DNA from: an uncultured Acidobacteriota bacterium | GTDB taxonomy: Bacteria > Acidobacteriota > Vicinamibacteria > Vicinamibacterales > UBA8438 | Length of the DNA stretch: 17,578 nucleotides | Reading direction: 5' to 3' | Assembly (NCBI GenBank): GCA_913043225.1 | Contig: CAJWLU010000042.1 | Location: forward strand, 1-17,578 | Shown here: positions 1-8,369 of the stretch, in pieces | Layout: each line of letters opens with the position of its first letter | Position numbering within the stretch: position 1 is the stretch's first letter | Notes under the pieces: model-generated | What the model saw: only the letters and a program-made list of their open reading frames with translations | Database searches by the model: none | Told to the model about the DNA's origin: nothing | Translations under genes and position numbers: made by a program

Positions 1-3
1 AAA

Positions 4-80
4 TGGTGCCGGTGCAGGGACTTGAACCCCGGACGCCGCGGATATGAGCCGCGTGCTCTAACCAGCTGAGCTACACCGGC
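4..80 (-). tRNA. tRNA with CAT anticodon, most likely elongator tRNA-Met
   Basis: Reverse complement GCCGGTGTAGCTCAGCTGGTTAGAGCACGCGGCTCATATCCGCGGCGTCCGGGGTTCAAGTCCCTGCACCGGCACCA folds as a 77-nt cloverleaf: acceptor stem GCCGGTG/CACCGGC, anticodon stem CGCGG/CCGCG around loop CTCATAT, GTTCAAGT T-loop, encoded CCA. The G1-C72 pair argues against an initiator. G4-C69 (not C4-G69) argues against Ile2. Confidence 0.95.
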
Positions 81-136
81 GAGAATTGGCCGCCGGCAAC
101 CCTGGTTGGGGCGCCGACCGGTGGGCCAAGAGAGCC

Positions 137-145
137 ATTGTAACA
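137..145 (-). promoter_or_regulatory. Putative extended -10 promoter (TG-T-TACAAT) for the tRNA
   Basis: Minus strand reads TGTTACAAT about 57 nt upstream of the tRNA 5' end; no recognisable -35 element. Confidence 0.55.
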
Positions 146-165
146 GGCCATCGGCCCGAGACCTG

Positions 166-1212
166 CTACAACACCAACATGGCGTCACCGTAGGAGTAGA
201 AGCGGTAACCCTGCCGAACCGCCTCCCGATAGGCGTGCAGCACGCGCTCGCGACCAGCGAAAGCGGCCACCAACAGTAACAGCGATGACCGGGGTAGATG
301 AAAGTTGGTGAGCACACCACCCAGCACCCGGAACGAGGCTCCCGGATACAGGTACAGTTCGCTGACTCCGGCGCCGGACTGAATCCGACCATCGACGGCC
401 GAGGCAGCCGTCTCGAGCGTGCGAGTCGAAGTCGTTCCGACCGCGATCACTCGACGCCCCTCCGAGAGCGCTAGATTCACGGCCTCCGCTGTGCTCGCCG
501 GCACTTCGTAGGGCTCGGCCTCGACCCGATGGTCCTCCATCTGCTCGCCTCGGATGGGCTGGAACGTGCCGTAGCCGACGTGCAGCGTCACCCGCACCGT
601 CTCGATGCCGTGCCGGGCCAACCGCTTCAGCAATGGCTCAGTCAGATGCAGGCCCGCGGTCGGAGCCGCCACTGAGCCGGTCGCGGTCGCGTACACCGTC
701 TGATAGCGCTCACGGTCCACGTCGGCATCAGGGCGGCGAATGTAGGGCGGCAGCGGCACATGCCCAATGCGCTCCACGACTGCTTCGACCCGCTCGTCAG
801 GCACGGACCAGAGCCGGATAATGCGACGGCCATGGAAGTGCCGAGCGACCACCTCGGCCTCCAGAGCCGACCCATCAGCCTCGAAACGCACCCGTGCGCC
901 GACCTTGAGCTTCTGTCCGGGATGCATCAGCACCTCCCACTGCTCGTCGTCGAGCCGCTTCAGGAGGAGGCACTCGACCGCGCCGCCAGAGGGCACCCTA
1001 TACCCGAGCAGCCGGGCAGGAAAGACCCGTGTGTCGTTCACAACCAGGAGATCTCCTGGTGACAGCAGCTCAGGGAGGTCGGCGACGTGATAGTGCGCCA
1101 GCTCTCCCGTCGCTCGGTCAAGAAGCAAGAGCCGAGCGGCCTCGCGCTCCTCGGCCGGGCTCTGAGCGATCAGCTCCGTCGGTAGGTCGAAGTCGAAATC
1201 GGAGACTTTCAT
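166..1212 (-). CDS. queA: S-adenosylmethionine:tRNA ribosyltransferase-isomerase QueA
   Basis: N-terminal MKVSDFDFDLPTELIAQ, plus PLPPYI, RYQTVYA, GSVAAPTAGLH, LHVGYGTF, VGTTSTRTLE, TNFHLPRSSL and C-terminal YRFYSYGDAM motifs. ATG at 1212 is preferred over the TTG at 1215. Confidence 0.97.
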   Translation of the reverse strand: MKVSDFDFDLPTELIAQSPAEEREAARLLLLDRATGELAHYHVADLPELLSPGDLLVVNDTRVFPARLLGYRVPSGGAVECLLLKRLDDEQWEVLMHPGQKLKVGARVRFEADGSALEAEVVARHFHGRRIIRLWSVPDERVEAVVERIGHVPLPPYIRRPDADVDRERYQTVYATATGSVAAPTAGLHLTEPLLKRLARHGIETVRVTLHVGYGTFQPIRGEQMEDHRVEAEPYEVPASTAEAVNLALSEGRRVIAVGTTSTRTLETAASAVDGRIQSGAGVSELYLYPGASFRVLGGVLTNFHLPRSSLLLLVAAFAGRERVLHAYREAVRQGYRFYSYGDAMLVL

Positions 1213-1265
1213 CAAAGGCGCGCTACGCTCAGCTACGCCGTGCCGGGCTTTGGACTTAGAGTGCG

Positions 1266-2297
1266 TCAGTACGCCCAGCGCAGCAGCATGGCGCCGACTG
1301 TGAACCCGGCCCCGACCGACGCCAGGAGCACCAAATCCCCCTTCTTGAGCCGGTTGCTCGCCAGAGCATCGGCGAGGGCAAGCGGGATAGTCGCCCCGGT
1401 CGTGTTGCCGAACCGCTCGATGTTGATCACGACCTTGTCCTCAGGCAGCCCGAGCTGGTCGGCGGCGGCCATGATGATCCTGCGATTGGCTTGGTGAGAC
1501 ACAAACAGATCGAGATCGCCAGCCGTTAGACCATTGCGCTCGAGCAGACGGCGACAGATCTGACCGGTATTTCGTACGGCGAACTTAAACACGGCAGCGC
1601 CGTCCTGGTGTACGTAGTGCAACCGATCGTCGACCGTCTCCTGGGACGCGGGCCGCCGGCTCCCGCCAGCCGGCATGCGGAGCGCCGGTCCTCCGCTACC
1701 GTCGATTTCGTGGGTGAAGTCGATGACTCGGAACTCGGGGTTCTGAGCAGCCGACACCACGACCGCGCCGGCTCCGTCGCCGAAGATGACGCACGTGGTC
1801 CGGTCCTTGTAGTCAACGATGCGGGACATCACGTCTGCCCCAATCGCCAACGCATGGTCCTGTGCGCCGCTTGCCACAATATGGGCGGCCGTGGTCACGG
1901 CGTAGGTAAATCCGGAGCAGGCGGCCCCCAGATCGAAGCCCCAGGCCCGCTTTGCACCGATGCCATCCTGGACCAGGCAGGCCGTGCTGGGAAAGAACAT
2001 GTCCGGGGTTGTCGTCCCCACCACCACGAACCCGATCTCCTCGGGAGTGAGCCCGGCCCCAGAGATCGCGCTGGCCGCCGCCTTGATCGCCAGATCCGAG
2101 GTCGCCTCGTCGTCGGCGGCGATGTGACGCTCGCGGATACCCGTCCGCTGGAGAATCCACTCGTTCGAGGTATCGACCATCCGCTCGAGCTCGTCGTTGG
2201 TCAACACCCGGCTCGGAACGTAGGTGCCCAGTGATGAGATCTGCACGGAACGCAGCGTTCGGCCCGGTGCTCCCCACACCTTTGTCTTCTCACTCAT
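1266..2297 (-). CDS. fabH: 3-oxoacyl-ACP synthase III (FabH family)
   Basis: Cys-His-Asn triad motifs AACSGF, SHQAN and FGNTT, plus VDTSNEWILQRTGIRERH and FGDGAGA. Start taken at ATG 2297 (MSEKTK); the start is uncertain. Confidence 0.92.
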   Translation of the reverse strand: MSEKTKVWGAPGRTLRSVQISSLGTYVPSRVLTNDELERMVDTSNEWILQRTGIRERHIAADDEATSDLAIKAAASAISGAGLTPEEIGFVVVGTTTPDMFFPSTACLVQDGIGAKRAWGFDLGAACSGFTYAVTTAAHIVASGAQDHALAIGADVMSRIVDYKDRTTCVIFGDGAGAVVVSAAQNPEFRVIDFTHEIDGSGGPALRMPAGGSRRPASQETVDDRLHYVHQDGAAVFKFAVRNTGQICRRLLERNGLTAGDLDLFVSHQANRRIIMAAADQLGLPEDKVVINIERFGNTTGATIPLALADALASNRLKKGDLVLLASVGAGFTVGAMLLRWAY

Positions 2298-2337
2298 GTC
2301 CCGTGCGGTCCTTCCGTCGAAGGTTCGACAGTTCACC

Positions 2338-3363
2338 CTACCAGAGTCGGCCGTCCGGAGCCGGGGCCGGCAAACCGAAGTACTGATACGCCCGCGGGGT
2401 AGCGACCCGGCCCCGGGGGGTCCGGTGGAGAAAGCCGATCTGGATCAGGAACGGCTCGTGGATGTCCTCGATGGCGTCCTTCTCTTCACCGATCGCCGCT
2501 GCCATGCTGTTCAGGCCGACCGGTCCGCCTCCGAACTTGTCAATGATCGTACGGAGCAGACGGCGATCAGCTTCGTCGAATCCGTTCGCGTCCACCTCGA
2601 GCAACTCCAGCGCGGCCAGCGACACCTCATGGGTCACCGCGCCTTCGGCGCGCACCTGAGCGTAGTCTCTCACCCGTCGCAGCAGTCGGTTCGCCACCCG
2701 CGGCGTACCCCGCGAACGGCGGGCGATCTCGGCGGTCGCCTGATCGTCAATCGGGACGTCAAAGATGCTGGCCGACCGTCTCACGATCTCCTGCAGGTCG
2801 CCCTCTTCGTAGAAATCGAGCCGGTGAACAATACCGAACCTGGCACGCAGCGGTGAAGTCAGCAGACCCGCCCGCGTGGTAGCCCCGATCAGCGTGAACT
2901 TCTGCAACGGCACCTTGACGGACCTGGCGCCGGGCCCCTGGCCGATGACGATGTCGAGCTCGTAGTCCTCCATCGCGGGATAAAGAATCTCCTCGATGAC
3001 GGGACTCATCCGATGAATCTCGTCGATGAAGAGCACCTGGTGCTCGGTCAGGTTCGTCAGGATCGCCGCCAGATCGCCTGGCTTCTCGAGCACCGGCCCG
3101 GCCGTGGTCCGGATCGTCACCCCTAGCTCGTTGGCGATGACATAGGCCAGGGTGGTTTTACCCAGCCCCGGCGGGCCGTAGAGCAACACGTGGTCCAACG
3201 CGTCACCCCGCTGGCGCGCGGCCGCAATGGACACTTCGAGGTTCTCGCGCAGCCGGGACTGGCCCACATAGGAATCGAGCGTGCGTGGGCGAAGGCCCGC
3301 CTCGAACTGATCGTCATCGTCGAGACGGACCGAGCTGACCACGCGAGGTTCAGGCTCGCTCAT
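2338..3363 (-). CDS. ruvB: Holliday junction branch-migration helicase RuvB
   Basis: [12 protein letters not shown], Walker [61 protein letters not shown]. Confidence 0.98.
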   Translation of the reverse strand: MSEPEPRVVSSVRLDDDDQFEAGLRPRTLDSYVGQSRLRENLEVSIAAARQRGDALDHVLLYGPPGLGKTTLAYVIANELGVTIRTTAGPVLEKPGDLAAILTNLTEHQVLFIDEIHRMSPVIEEILYPAMEDYELDIVIGQGPGARSVKVPLQKFTLIGATTRAGLLTSPLRARFGIVHRLDFYEEGDLQEIVRRSASIFDVPIDDQATAEIARRSRGTPRVANRLLRRVRDYAQVRAEGAVTHEVSLAALELLEVDANGFDEADRRLLRTIIDKFGGGPVGLNSMAAAIGEEKDAIEDIHEPFLIQIGFLHRTPRGRVATPRAYQYFGLPAPAPDGRLW

Positions 3364-3959
3364 CTGGCCAGCTCCCGGAGAGCGCGCCGCAAAGTCTGCT
3401 CGAACGATCCGTCCTCCCCATTGAGCGCCGCCTCAACCGCTCTCTCGGCCAGCGGACGGTGGTAGCCCAGATTAAGCAGTGCCGACATCAGATCGTCACG
3501 CATCTCGGGCGGCGACTCCGAGGGCGGTTCTGTGGTACCAGGTTCCTCCTCGAGTACCGGTGGAAGTCGGTCCTTGAGCTCGAGGCCTATACGCTCTGCC
3601 GTCTTCTTCCCCACCCCCGGTATTCCGGTGAGACGGGCCACGTCCTGTTGCCGAACCGCACGGACCAGCTCCGGCGGCTCCATCCCCGACAGGACCGCCA
3701 GCGCAAGCCGGGGACCGATACCGGAGACACCGATTAGCTGTTCGAAAATCTCCTTCTCCAACGCAGTGGAGAAACCGAACAGTGACAGGGCTTCCTCCCG
3801 AACGTGGGTGTGCACTCGGAGCGTGACCTCCGAGGCAAGGCCGCCCAGCCCGTAGAAGGTCGACAGCGGGACATGCACCTCATAACCAACCCCGCCGACG
3901 TCGACGACTACTCGATTCGGCTGTTTCTCGAGCAACGACCCCTGTAACCTCGCAATCAT
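3360..3959 (-). CDS. ruvA: Holliday junction DNA-binding protein RuvA
   Basis: MIARLQG start, [19 protein letters not shown], HhH motifs VSGIGPRLA and [22 protein letters not shown] overlaps with ruvC and ruvB fix the start at 3959 rather than 4058. Confidence 0.96.
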   Translation of the reverse strand: MIARLQGSLLEKQPNRVVVDVGGVGYEVHVPLSTFYGLGGLASEVTLRVHTHVREEALSLFGFSTALEKEIFEQLIGVSGIGPRLALAVLSGMEPPELVRAVRQQDVARLTGIPGVGKKTAERIGLELKDRLPPVLEEEPGTTEPPSESPPEMRDDLMSALLNLGYHRPLAERAVEAALNGEDGSFEQTLRRALRELAR

Positions 3960-4504
3960 CGCCGCGCCTCCGGCCGATACCGGCGCCAGCTCCGAGGCAC
4001 CTGCCCCGCCGGCTTGGCTGAAAGCGCGATAGTCCCACCCGCCGTGTGCGCATGGCACACCGCGATGGCCAACGCATCTGAGGCATCATGGGGTGTTGGC
4101 GGGGCGTCCAGACCGAGCAGGAGCATAATCATCTGCTGCACCTGCTGCTTGTCCGCACGGCCATAGCCGACCACCGCCCGCTTGACCTCGGAGGGCGCAT
4201 ACTCCGCCACCCGCAACCCAGCTTTCGAGGCCGCCACCAGCGCCGCGCCGCGCGCCTGCCCCAACTTAAGCGCGCTACTCGCGTTCCGCGCCGAGAAAAC
4301 CCCTTCAACCGCGACACAGGTGGGTCGGTTGGCGGCAAGCAGCGCGGTCAACTCGTCGAAAATCCTGGTCAAGCGGTCGGGAAACGGAAGACGCGGGGAG
4401 GCGGTGATCGCCCCGAAGGCCACGAGACGGCACCGGCTACCGTCGGCGTCGATACAGCCGTAGCCGGTGCGGGCGGAACCGGGGTCTATCCCGAAAACCC
4501 TCAC
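3956..4504 (-). CDS. ruvC: Crossover junction endodeoxyribonuclease RuvC
   Basis: GIDPG, VAVE, LKLGQARG, EYAPSEVKRAVVGYGRADKQQV and HDASDALAIA catalytic motifs; GTG start overlaps the yebC stop (GTGA). Confidence 0.97.
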   Translation of the reverse strand: MRVFGIDPGSARTGYGCIDADGSRCRLVAFGAITASPRLPFPDRLTRIFDELTALLAANRPTCVAVEGVFSARNASSALKLGQARGAALVAASKAGLRVAEYAPSEVKRAVVGYGRADKQQVQQMIMLLLGLDAPPTPHDASDALAIAVCHAHTAGGTIALSAKPAGQVPRSWRRYRPEARR

Positions 4505-5250
4505 GCCAGCGAGGCCTCGATCTCCTTCTCGCTGATGTCGGCATTCGACCAGACGTTCTGCACGTCGTCCAGATCCTCGAGCGCACCCAGCAGCTTCATG
4601 AGCTGCTGCGCCTGCTTTCCCTCGACCGCCACGAGGTTCTGCGGCAGCATCGCAACCTGCGCCGACGTCGGCTCGACACCGATCCCGCGAACCGCCTCGG
4701 CGACAACGTCGAACACCTCTGGCGCGCTGATTATCTCCCAGTTCTCGGCATCGTCGCGGAAATCATCCGCCCCGGCGTCGATCGCGGCGGTCATCAGCGC
4801 CTCCTCTTCCGCCTCCCCCTGCTCGACCAGGATGTAGCCACGCTTGTCGAACATCCAGGCGACACTATTCGAGGACCCGAGATTGCCGCCATGTTTGGTT
4901 AAAGCGTGGCGGATCTCGCCCACAGCGCGGTTCTTGTTGTCGGTGAGCACTTCAATGAAGAGCGCGATCCCACCGGGACCGTAACCCTCGTAGGTCACTT
5001 CTTCGTAGCTCACGCCAGGCTCTTCCCCGGTACCGCGACGGATAGCCCGCTTGATGTTGTCGGCGGGCATGTTCGCCGCCTTCGCGTCGGCGATGACGGT
5101 ACGAAGACGCGGATTGCTGTCCGGATCACCTCCGCCGGCGCGGGCAGCGACGGTCAACTCTTTGATGATGCGGGTGAACAGTCTGCCGCGCTTGGCATCG
5201 GCAGCACCCTTCTTGTGCTTGATCGAATGCCATTTGGAATGGCCGGACAT
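4501..5250 (-). CDS. yebC: YebC/PmpR family protein
   Basis: MSGHSKWHSIKHKKGAADAKRG, NPRLR, YEGYGPGG, TDNKNR, LEDLDDVQNVWSN; SD GAGGGAG upstream; canonical yebC-ruvC synteny. Confidence 0.97.
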   Translation of the reverse strand: MSGHSKWHSIKHKKGAADAKRGRLFTRIIKELTVAARAGGGDPDSNPRLRTVIADAKAANMPADNIKRAIRRGTGEEPGVSYEEVTYEGYGPGGIALFIEVLTDNKNRAVGEIRHALTKHGGNLGSSNSVAWMFDKRGYILVEQGEAEEEALMTAAIDAGADDFRDDAENWEIISAPEVFDVVAEAVRGIGVEPTSAQVAMLPQNLVAVEGKQAQQLMKLLGALEDLDDVQNVWSNADISEKEIEASLA

Positions 5251-5291
5251 CGCAGGGCTCCCTCAAGGAAAGAGAGATCGACTCGGCCGGG

Positions 5292-5300
5292 ATTCTATCA
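5292..5300 (-). promoter_or_regulatory. Putative extended -10 promoter (TG-A-TAGAAT) for yebC-ruvCAB
   Basis: Minus strand TGATAGAAT about 42 nt upstream of the yebC ATG; its TGA is the stop codon of the upstream methyltransferase. Confidence 0.5.
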
Positions 5301-6065
5301 TGTGGCCACCACCACCCAGGTCTCGGCGTCGGGATGCCACGCCGCTCCCTGATAATCGCCGGCGACCGACCGCACCGCGAAACCCGCCCGCCGCAGCCGG
5401 GCCGCCATCTGTCGCACCGAGAGCGTCCTGAAGCTCAAAGAGAAGCGGTGGGTCGTGGAGCGCCAATCACGACGTTCGACGAACTCCTGGTCGAAATGCG
5501 TCAATCGTCGATCCGGATCCTGTCGCACGGTCTCGACGAGCGTGACCTGTGTCTGGCTACCGCGTCGGCGACCGCGCATGCTGACACGCTGTTCGTATTC
5601 GCGCCAGTTCTTCAAGTCTGGCACCAGATCGATCGCGAAATGGCCACCGGGGCGGAGCACGGTCCGGACCGCCCGCAGCGTCTCTCTCAGATCCCGATCG
5701 CAAAGCAGCGACTGCAACACCCCGTAGGGCGCCATGACGAGCTGAAAGCTGCTGGGGGCAAATGGCAGAAAGCGGATGTCGCCTCGAATGAGGTGCAACC
5801 GCGACCCAAGTCCGCGACGTGACCGGCGGCGCCGCAACCGCGCCAGCATCGGCGCCGATCGATCGATACCGACCAACCGATCGACGTCCGCGGCGACCGG
5901 ACAAGCTATGCGCCCGGTGCCGCAGCCTAACTCCAGCGCCGGACCGCCCACCTCTACAGCCAGCGCCCGCCAGAACGGCACGTCTCGACGACCGACCGTT
6001 CGCGCGTTCTCCCAATCATAGAACGGCGCGTAGTCGTCCCACCCGTGCCACCCTTCAATCGGCAT
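5298..6065 (-). CDS. Class I SAM-dependent methyltransferase
   Basis: YAPFYD followed by motif I ALELGCGTGR, GIDRSAPML, GDIRFLPF and LRPGG. Start taken at ATG 6065 (MPIEGW); the ORF stays open to 6113. Confidence 0.88.
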   Translation of the reverse strand: MPIEGWHGWDDYAPFYDWENARTVGRRDVPFWRALAVEVGGPALELGCGTGRIACPVAADVDRLVGIDRSAPMLARLRRRRSRRGLGSRLHLIRGDIRFLPFAPSSFQLVMAPYGVLQSLLCDRDLRETLRAVRTVLRPGGHFAIDLVPDLKNWREYEQRVSMRGRRRGSQTQVTLVETVRQDPDRRLTHFDQEFVERRDWRSTTHRFSLSFRTLSVRQMAARLRRAGFAVRSVAGDYQGAAWHPDAETWVVVAT

Positions 6066-6118
6066 TCCCAAAACCAGAGCCAGAACCGACCCGCGAGGTA
6101 TTATCGCCGACACGGTCG

Positions 6119-6616
6119 ATGCCTAACGTCCATCCGCTGCTTGTCCATTTCCCGCTGACCTTGCTCGTCGGCGCCGTGGTGGCTGACCTCCTGCACGTCG
6201 CCTGGCCGTCGCGGAGCCAAGTCCGAGAAGCGGCAACGTGGCTCTACTGCATGGGCGCCCTTGCCGCGATGGCCGCCTATTTTAGTGGACTGGAGGCAGC
6301 CGGCTCCCTGTCGCTGCCAGCCGGCAGCCGGACCGCGGTCGGCGAGCACTTCTTCTGGGCTGAACGGACCACTTGGTTTTACGCGTTCCTAGCCTCGTTC
6401 CGGATGTGCGTGTCCTACATCTGGCGATCGACCCGCCGGAGCGTGGCCGTGTGCTCCAGCCTGGCCGGTCTAACCGGCGCGGTGCTGCTTCTGATAGCGG
6501 CTGAGCGTGGAGGTCAGCTAGTGTTCGGGCACGGCGTCGGCGTGCGGCCGGTAGCGGCAAGCGAACCAGGATGGACCATGGAACAGATAGACGACAGGCC
6601 CCGCCCGGCGCCTTAA
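6119..6616 (+). CDS. DUF2231-like integral membrane protein
   Basis: MPNVHPLLVHFPL N-terminal signature, about four hydrophobic helices, C-terminal GGQLVFGHGVG. The real start is ATG 6119 within the 5819 ORF. Confidence 0.8.
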   Translation: MPNVHPLLVHFPLTLLVGAVVADLLHVAWPSRSQVREAATWLYCMGALAAMAAYFSGLEAAGSLSLPAGSRTAVGEHFFWAERTTWFYAFLASFRMCVSYIWRSTRRSVAVCSSLAGLTGAVLLLIAAERGGQLVFGHGVGVRPVAASEPGWTMEQIDDRPRPAP

Positions 6617-6636
6617 CCTCGGAACCCACTTATGGC

Positions 6637-6675
6637 GATGTGTCTGGCTGGCTTTGGCCGATGCCAGCTAGCATC
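6637..6675 (+). terminator. Stem-loop downstream of the DUF2231-like gene (possible terminator or stability hairpin)
   Basis: CTGGCTGGC (6644-6652) pairs with GCCAGCTAG (6663-6671, one G-U), extendable by GATG/CATC; no U-tract follows. Confidence 0.3.
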
Positions 6676-6722
6676 AATACAAGTAAGTTCCGGCGTTAGC
6701 CTCTATGCGAGAATGAGCCGCT

Positions 6723-8063
6723 ATGCCCCACCTGCACGCCCATCGGATTCTTGTCCTCGGCGCACTGACGCTGCTTGTCACAACGTCGGCCGACGCTCAG
6801 CAGTGGCCGCGATTCCGCGGTCCTGACGGCACCGGTCTGGCCAGCGAGGGAGATGATCCGACACTACCCGACCGATGGGGCCAAGCCGAGAACGTACTCT
6901 GGCGCACCGAGCTTCCCGGCATCGGCTGGAGCTCGCCGATCGTGTGGGGCCGCACGGTGTTCGTCTCAGCGGTCGCGAGCGAAGGCAACGTGGAAACGCC
7001 GATCGGAGGGCTGTATCGCGGTGGTGAGCGACCGGCCTCCGCCGACATGCACCACTGGACAGCCAGCGCGATCGATCTCGATTCCGGCGAAGTTCACTGG
7101 AGCACGACACTGCTCAGCGCCGCACCCCAGCACCAGCGGCACCTCAAGAACAGCTACGCCTCGGAAACCCCAGTCACCGACGGCGAACGGCTGTATGTCT
7201 ATTTTGGGAACGTGGGTCTCTACTGCCTCGACTTCGAGGGACAGGTCCTCTGGTCGGTGACCTGGGATCCGGTGAGCACGCGAAACGGGTGGGGAACCGC
7301 AGCCTCCCCGGTGCTCCATGACGGCCGGATTTACGTAGTGAACGACAACGACGACCAGTCGTTCCTGGCCGCACTAAGCGCTGAGACGGGTGCCGAGATC
7401 TGGCGGGTCAATCGAGACGAAGGCACCAACTGGTCCACACCGTTCGTCTGGGAACACGAGGAGGGCGTCGAGGTCGTCACGACGGGTACCGACCGGGTAC
7501 GCTCCTACGGACTCGATGGCAACCTACGGTGGGAGCTCGCGGGTCTGTCGTTCATCACCGTGCCAATGCCATTCACCCAGCACGGTCTGCTGTATGTCGA
7601 GGCGGGCTACACGGGCGACCGGGAACGGCCAGTCTATGCGATCCGACCGGGCGCCCGGGGCGATCTCACGCTAGCCGAGGGCGAGACCAGCAGCGAGTTC
7701 ATCGCGTGGCACCTTCCGCAGGGCGGAACCTACAACACCTCGCCGCTCGTGTACGGCGACATCTACTACACCTTGCTCGATCGGGGATTCATGACGGCCC
7801 ATGACGCGCGCACTGGCGAACCGATCTACCCTCGACGTCGGATCGCCGTCGGCACCGGGTTCACCGCGTCTCCCTGGGCCTACAACGGTCGGATCTTCGC
7901 ACTGAGTGAGGACGGTGAGACGTTCGTGATCAAGGCTGGACCTGAGTTCGAGGTGCTGCACACGAACACCTTGGACGAGTTCACCATGGCGACACCGGCC
8001 ATTGTGGACGGCAGCCTGCTCATCCGCACCTATTCAGCTTTGTATCGGATAGGCACCCATTAG
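6723..8063 (+). CDS. Secreted PQQ-binding-like beta-propeller repeat protein (BamB-like fold)
   Basis: Sec signal ending ADA|Q, QWPRFRGPDG, ENVLWRTELPGIGWSSPIVWG, repeated SPV/TPV and 'D..TG...W' propeller motifs, C-terminal ATPAIVDGSLLIRT. Confidence 0.88.
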   Translation: MPHLHAHRILVLGALTLLVTTSADAQQWPRFRGPDGTGLASEGDDPTLPDRWGQAENVLWRTELPGIGWSSPIVWGRTVFVSAVASEGNVETPIGGLYRGGERPASADMHHWTASAIDLDSGEVHWSTTLLSAAPQHQRHLKNSYASETPVTDGERLYVYFGNVGLYCLDFEGQVLWSVTWDPVSTRNGWGTAASPVLHDGRIYVVNDNDDQSFLAALSAETGAEIWRVNRDEGTNWSTPFVWEHEEGVEVVTTGTDRVRSYGLDGNLRWELAGLSFITVPMPFTQHGLLYVEAGYTGDRERPVYAIRPGARGDLTLAEGETSSEFIAWHLPQGGTYNTSPLVYGDIYYTLLDRGFMTAHDARTGEPIYPRRRIAVGTGFTASPWAYNGRIFALSEDGETFVIKAGPEFEVLHTNTLDEFTMATPAIVDGSLLIRTYSALYRIGTH

Positions 8064-8071
8064 GGGAGAGG

Positions 8072-8155
8072 CTACTGGCTCTGATCGGCGGCCTCGAACT
8101 CGGCCAGAATCTCGGAGGTCCTGTTGGCCGAGCAGTCGTTGGCGATGAGGTCTAG
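8072..8155 (-). pseudogene. Probable 3' remnant of an unidentified gene (LDLIANDCSANRTSEILAEFEAADQSQ*)
   Basis: 24 of the 26 codons from GAC (8152) to the last sense codon end in G/C, like a real gene. There is no start codon before the upstream in-frame TGA at 8195-8197. Confidence 0.35.
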
Positions 8156-8369
8156 CCGCGGAACGGCACGAACCTGACGAACTACGGCATAGTCTCAGGG
8201 AACGTATCGACCTCGTTGAACACCACCATCAGGGGAGTCTGAGCCGCGTCCTGAGGGGCTGATTTTGGCATGCGCTACTCCGCGACGCCCTAGGGACACC
8301 GCTAGCAGCAAAGATGGCACGACCGTACTGGGCTTGAAGAAGCCGTGCCTGGTGACACTTAGTGGGAAC

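Noticed and set aside
1..80. tRNA 3' end as an integration (att) site
   Set aside because: No duplicate of the tRNA 3' end and no integrase in the window; the relevant flank is outside the window
1222..1238. GCTACGC direct repeat upstream of queA
   Set aside because: Only two 7-nt copies in GC-rich DNA, compatible with chance
3960..4058. N-terminal extension of RuvA in the ORF track
   Set aside because: Overlaps ruvC; the canonical MIARL start at 3959 with ATGA coupling is better
5819..6118. N-terminal extension of the DUF2231-like ORF
   Set aside because: Mostly antisense to the methyltransferase and low-complexity; the family signature begins at ATG 6119
6631..6680. GGCGATG start resembling a fluoride riboswitch
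   Set aside because: Lacks the TCGCC pairing partner and the GATGAC..CTAC 3' consensus; downstream gene is unrelated
8170..8202. GAACCTGA...AGGGAA resembling the 3' half of a TPP riboswitch
   Set aside because: No upstream CTGAGA or P2/P3 elements, no TAAT..GCG core, and no downstream co-oriented gene on the + strand
8072..8369. Long minus-strand frame broken by a single TGA (8195-8197), considered as selenocysteine read-through
   Set aside because: The upstream part is not protein-like, there is no redox motif around the TGA, and no convincing SECIS hairpin follows
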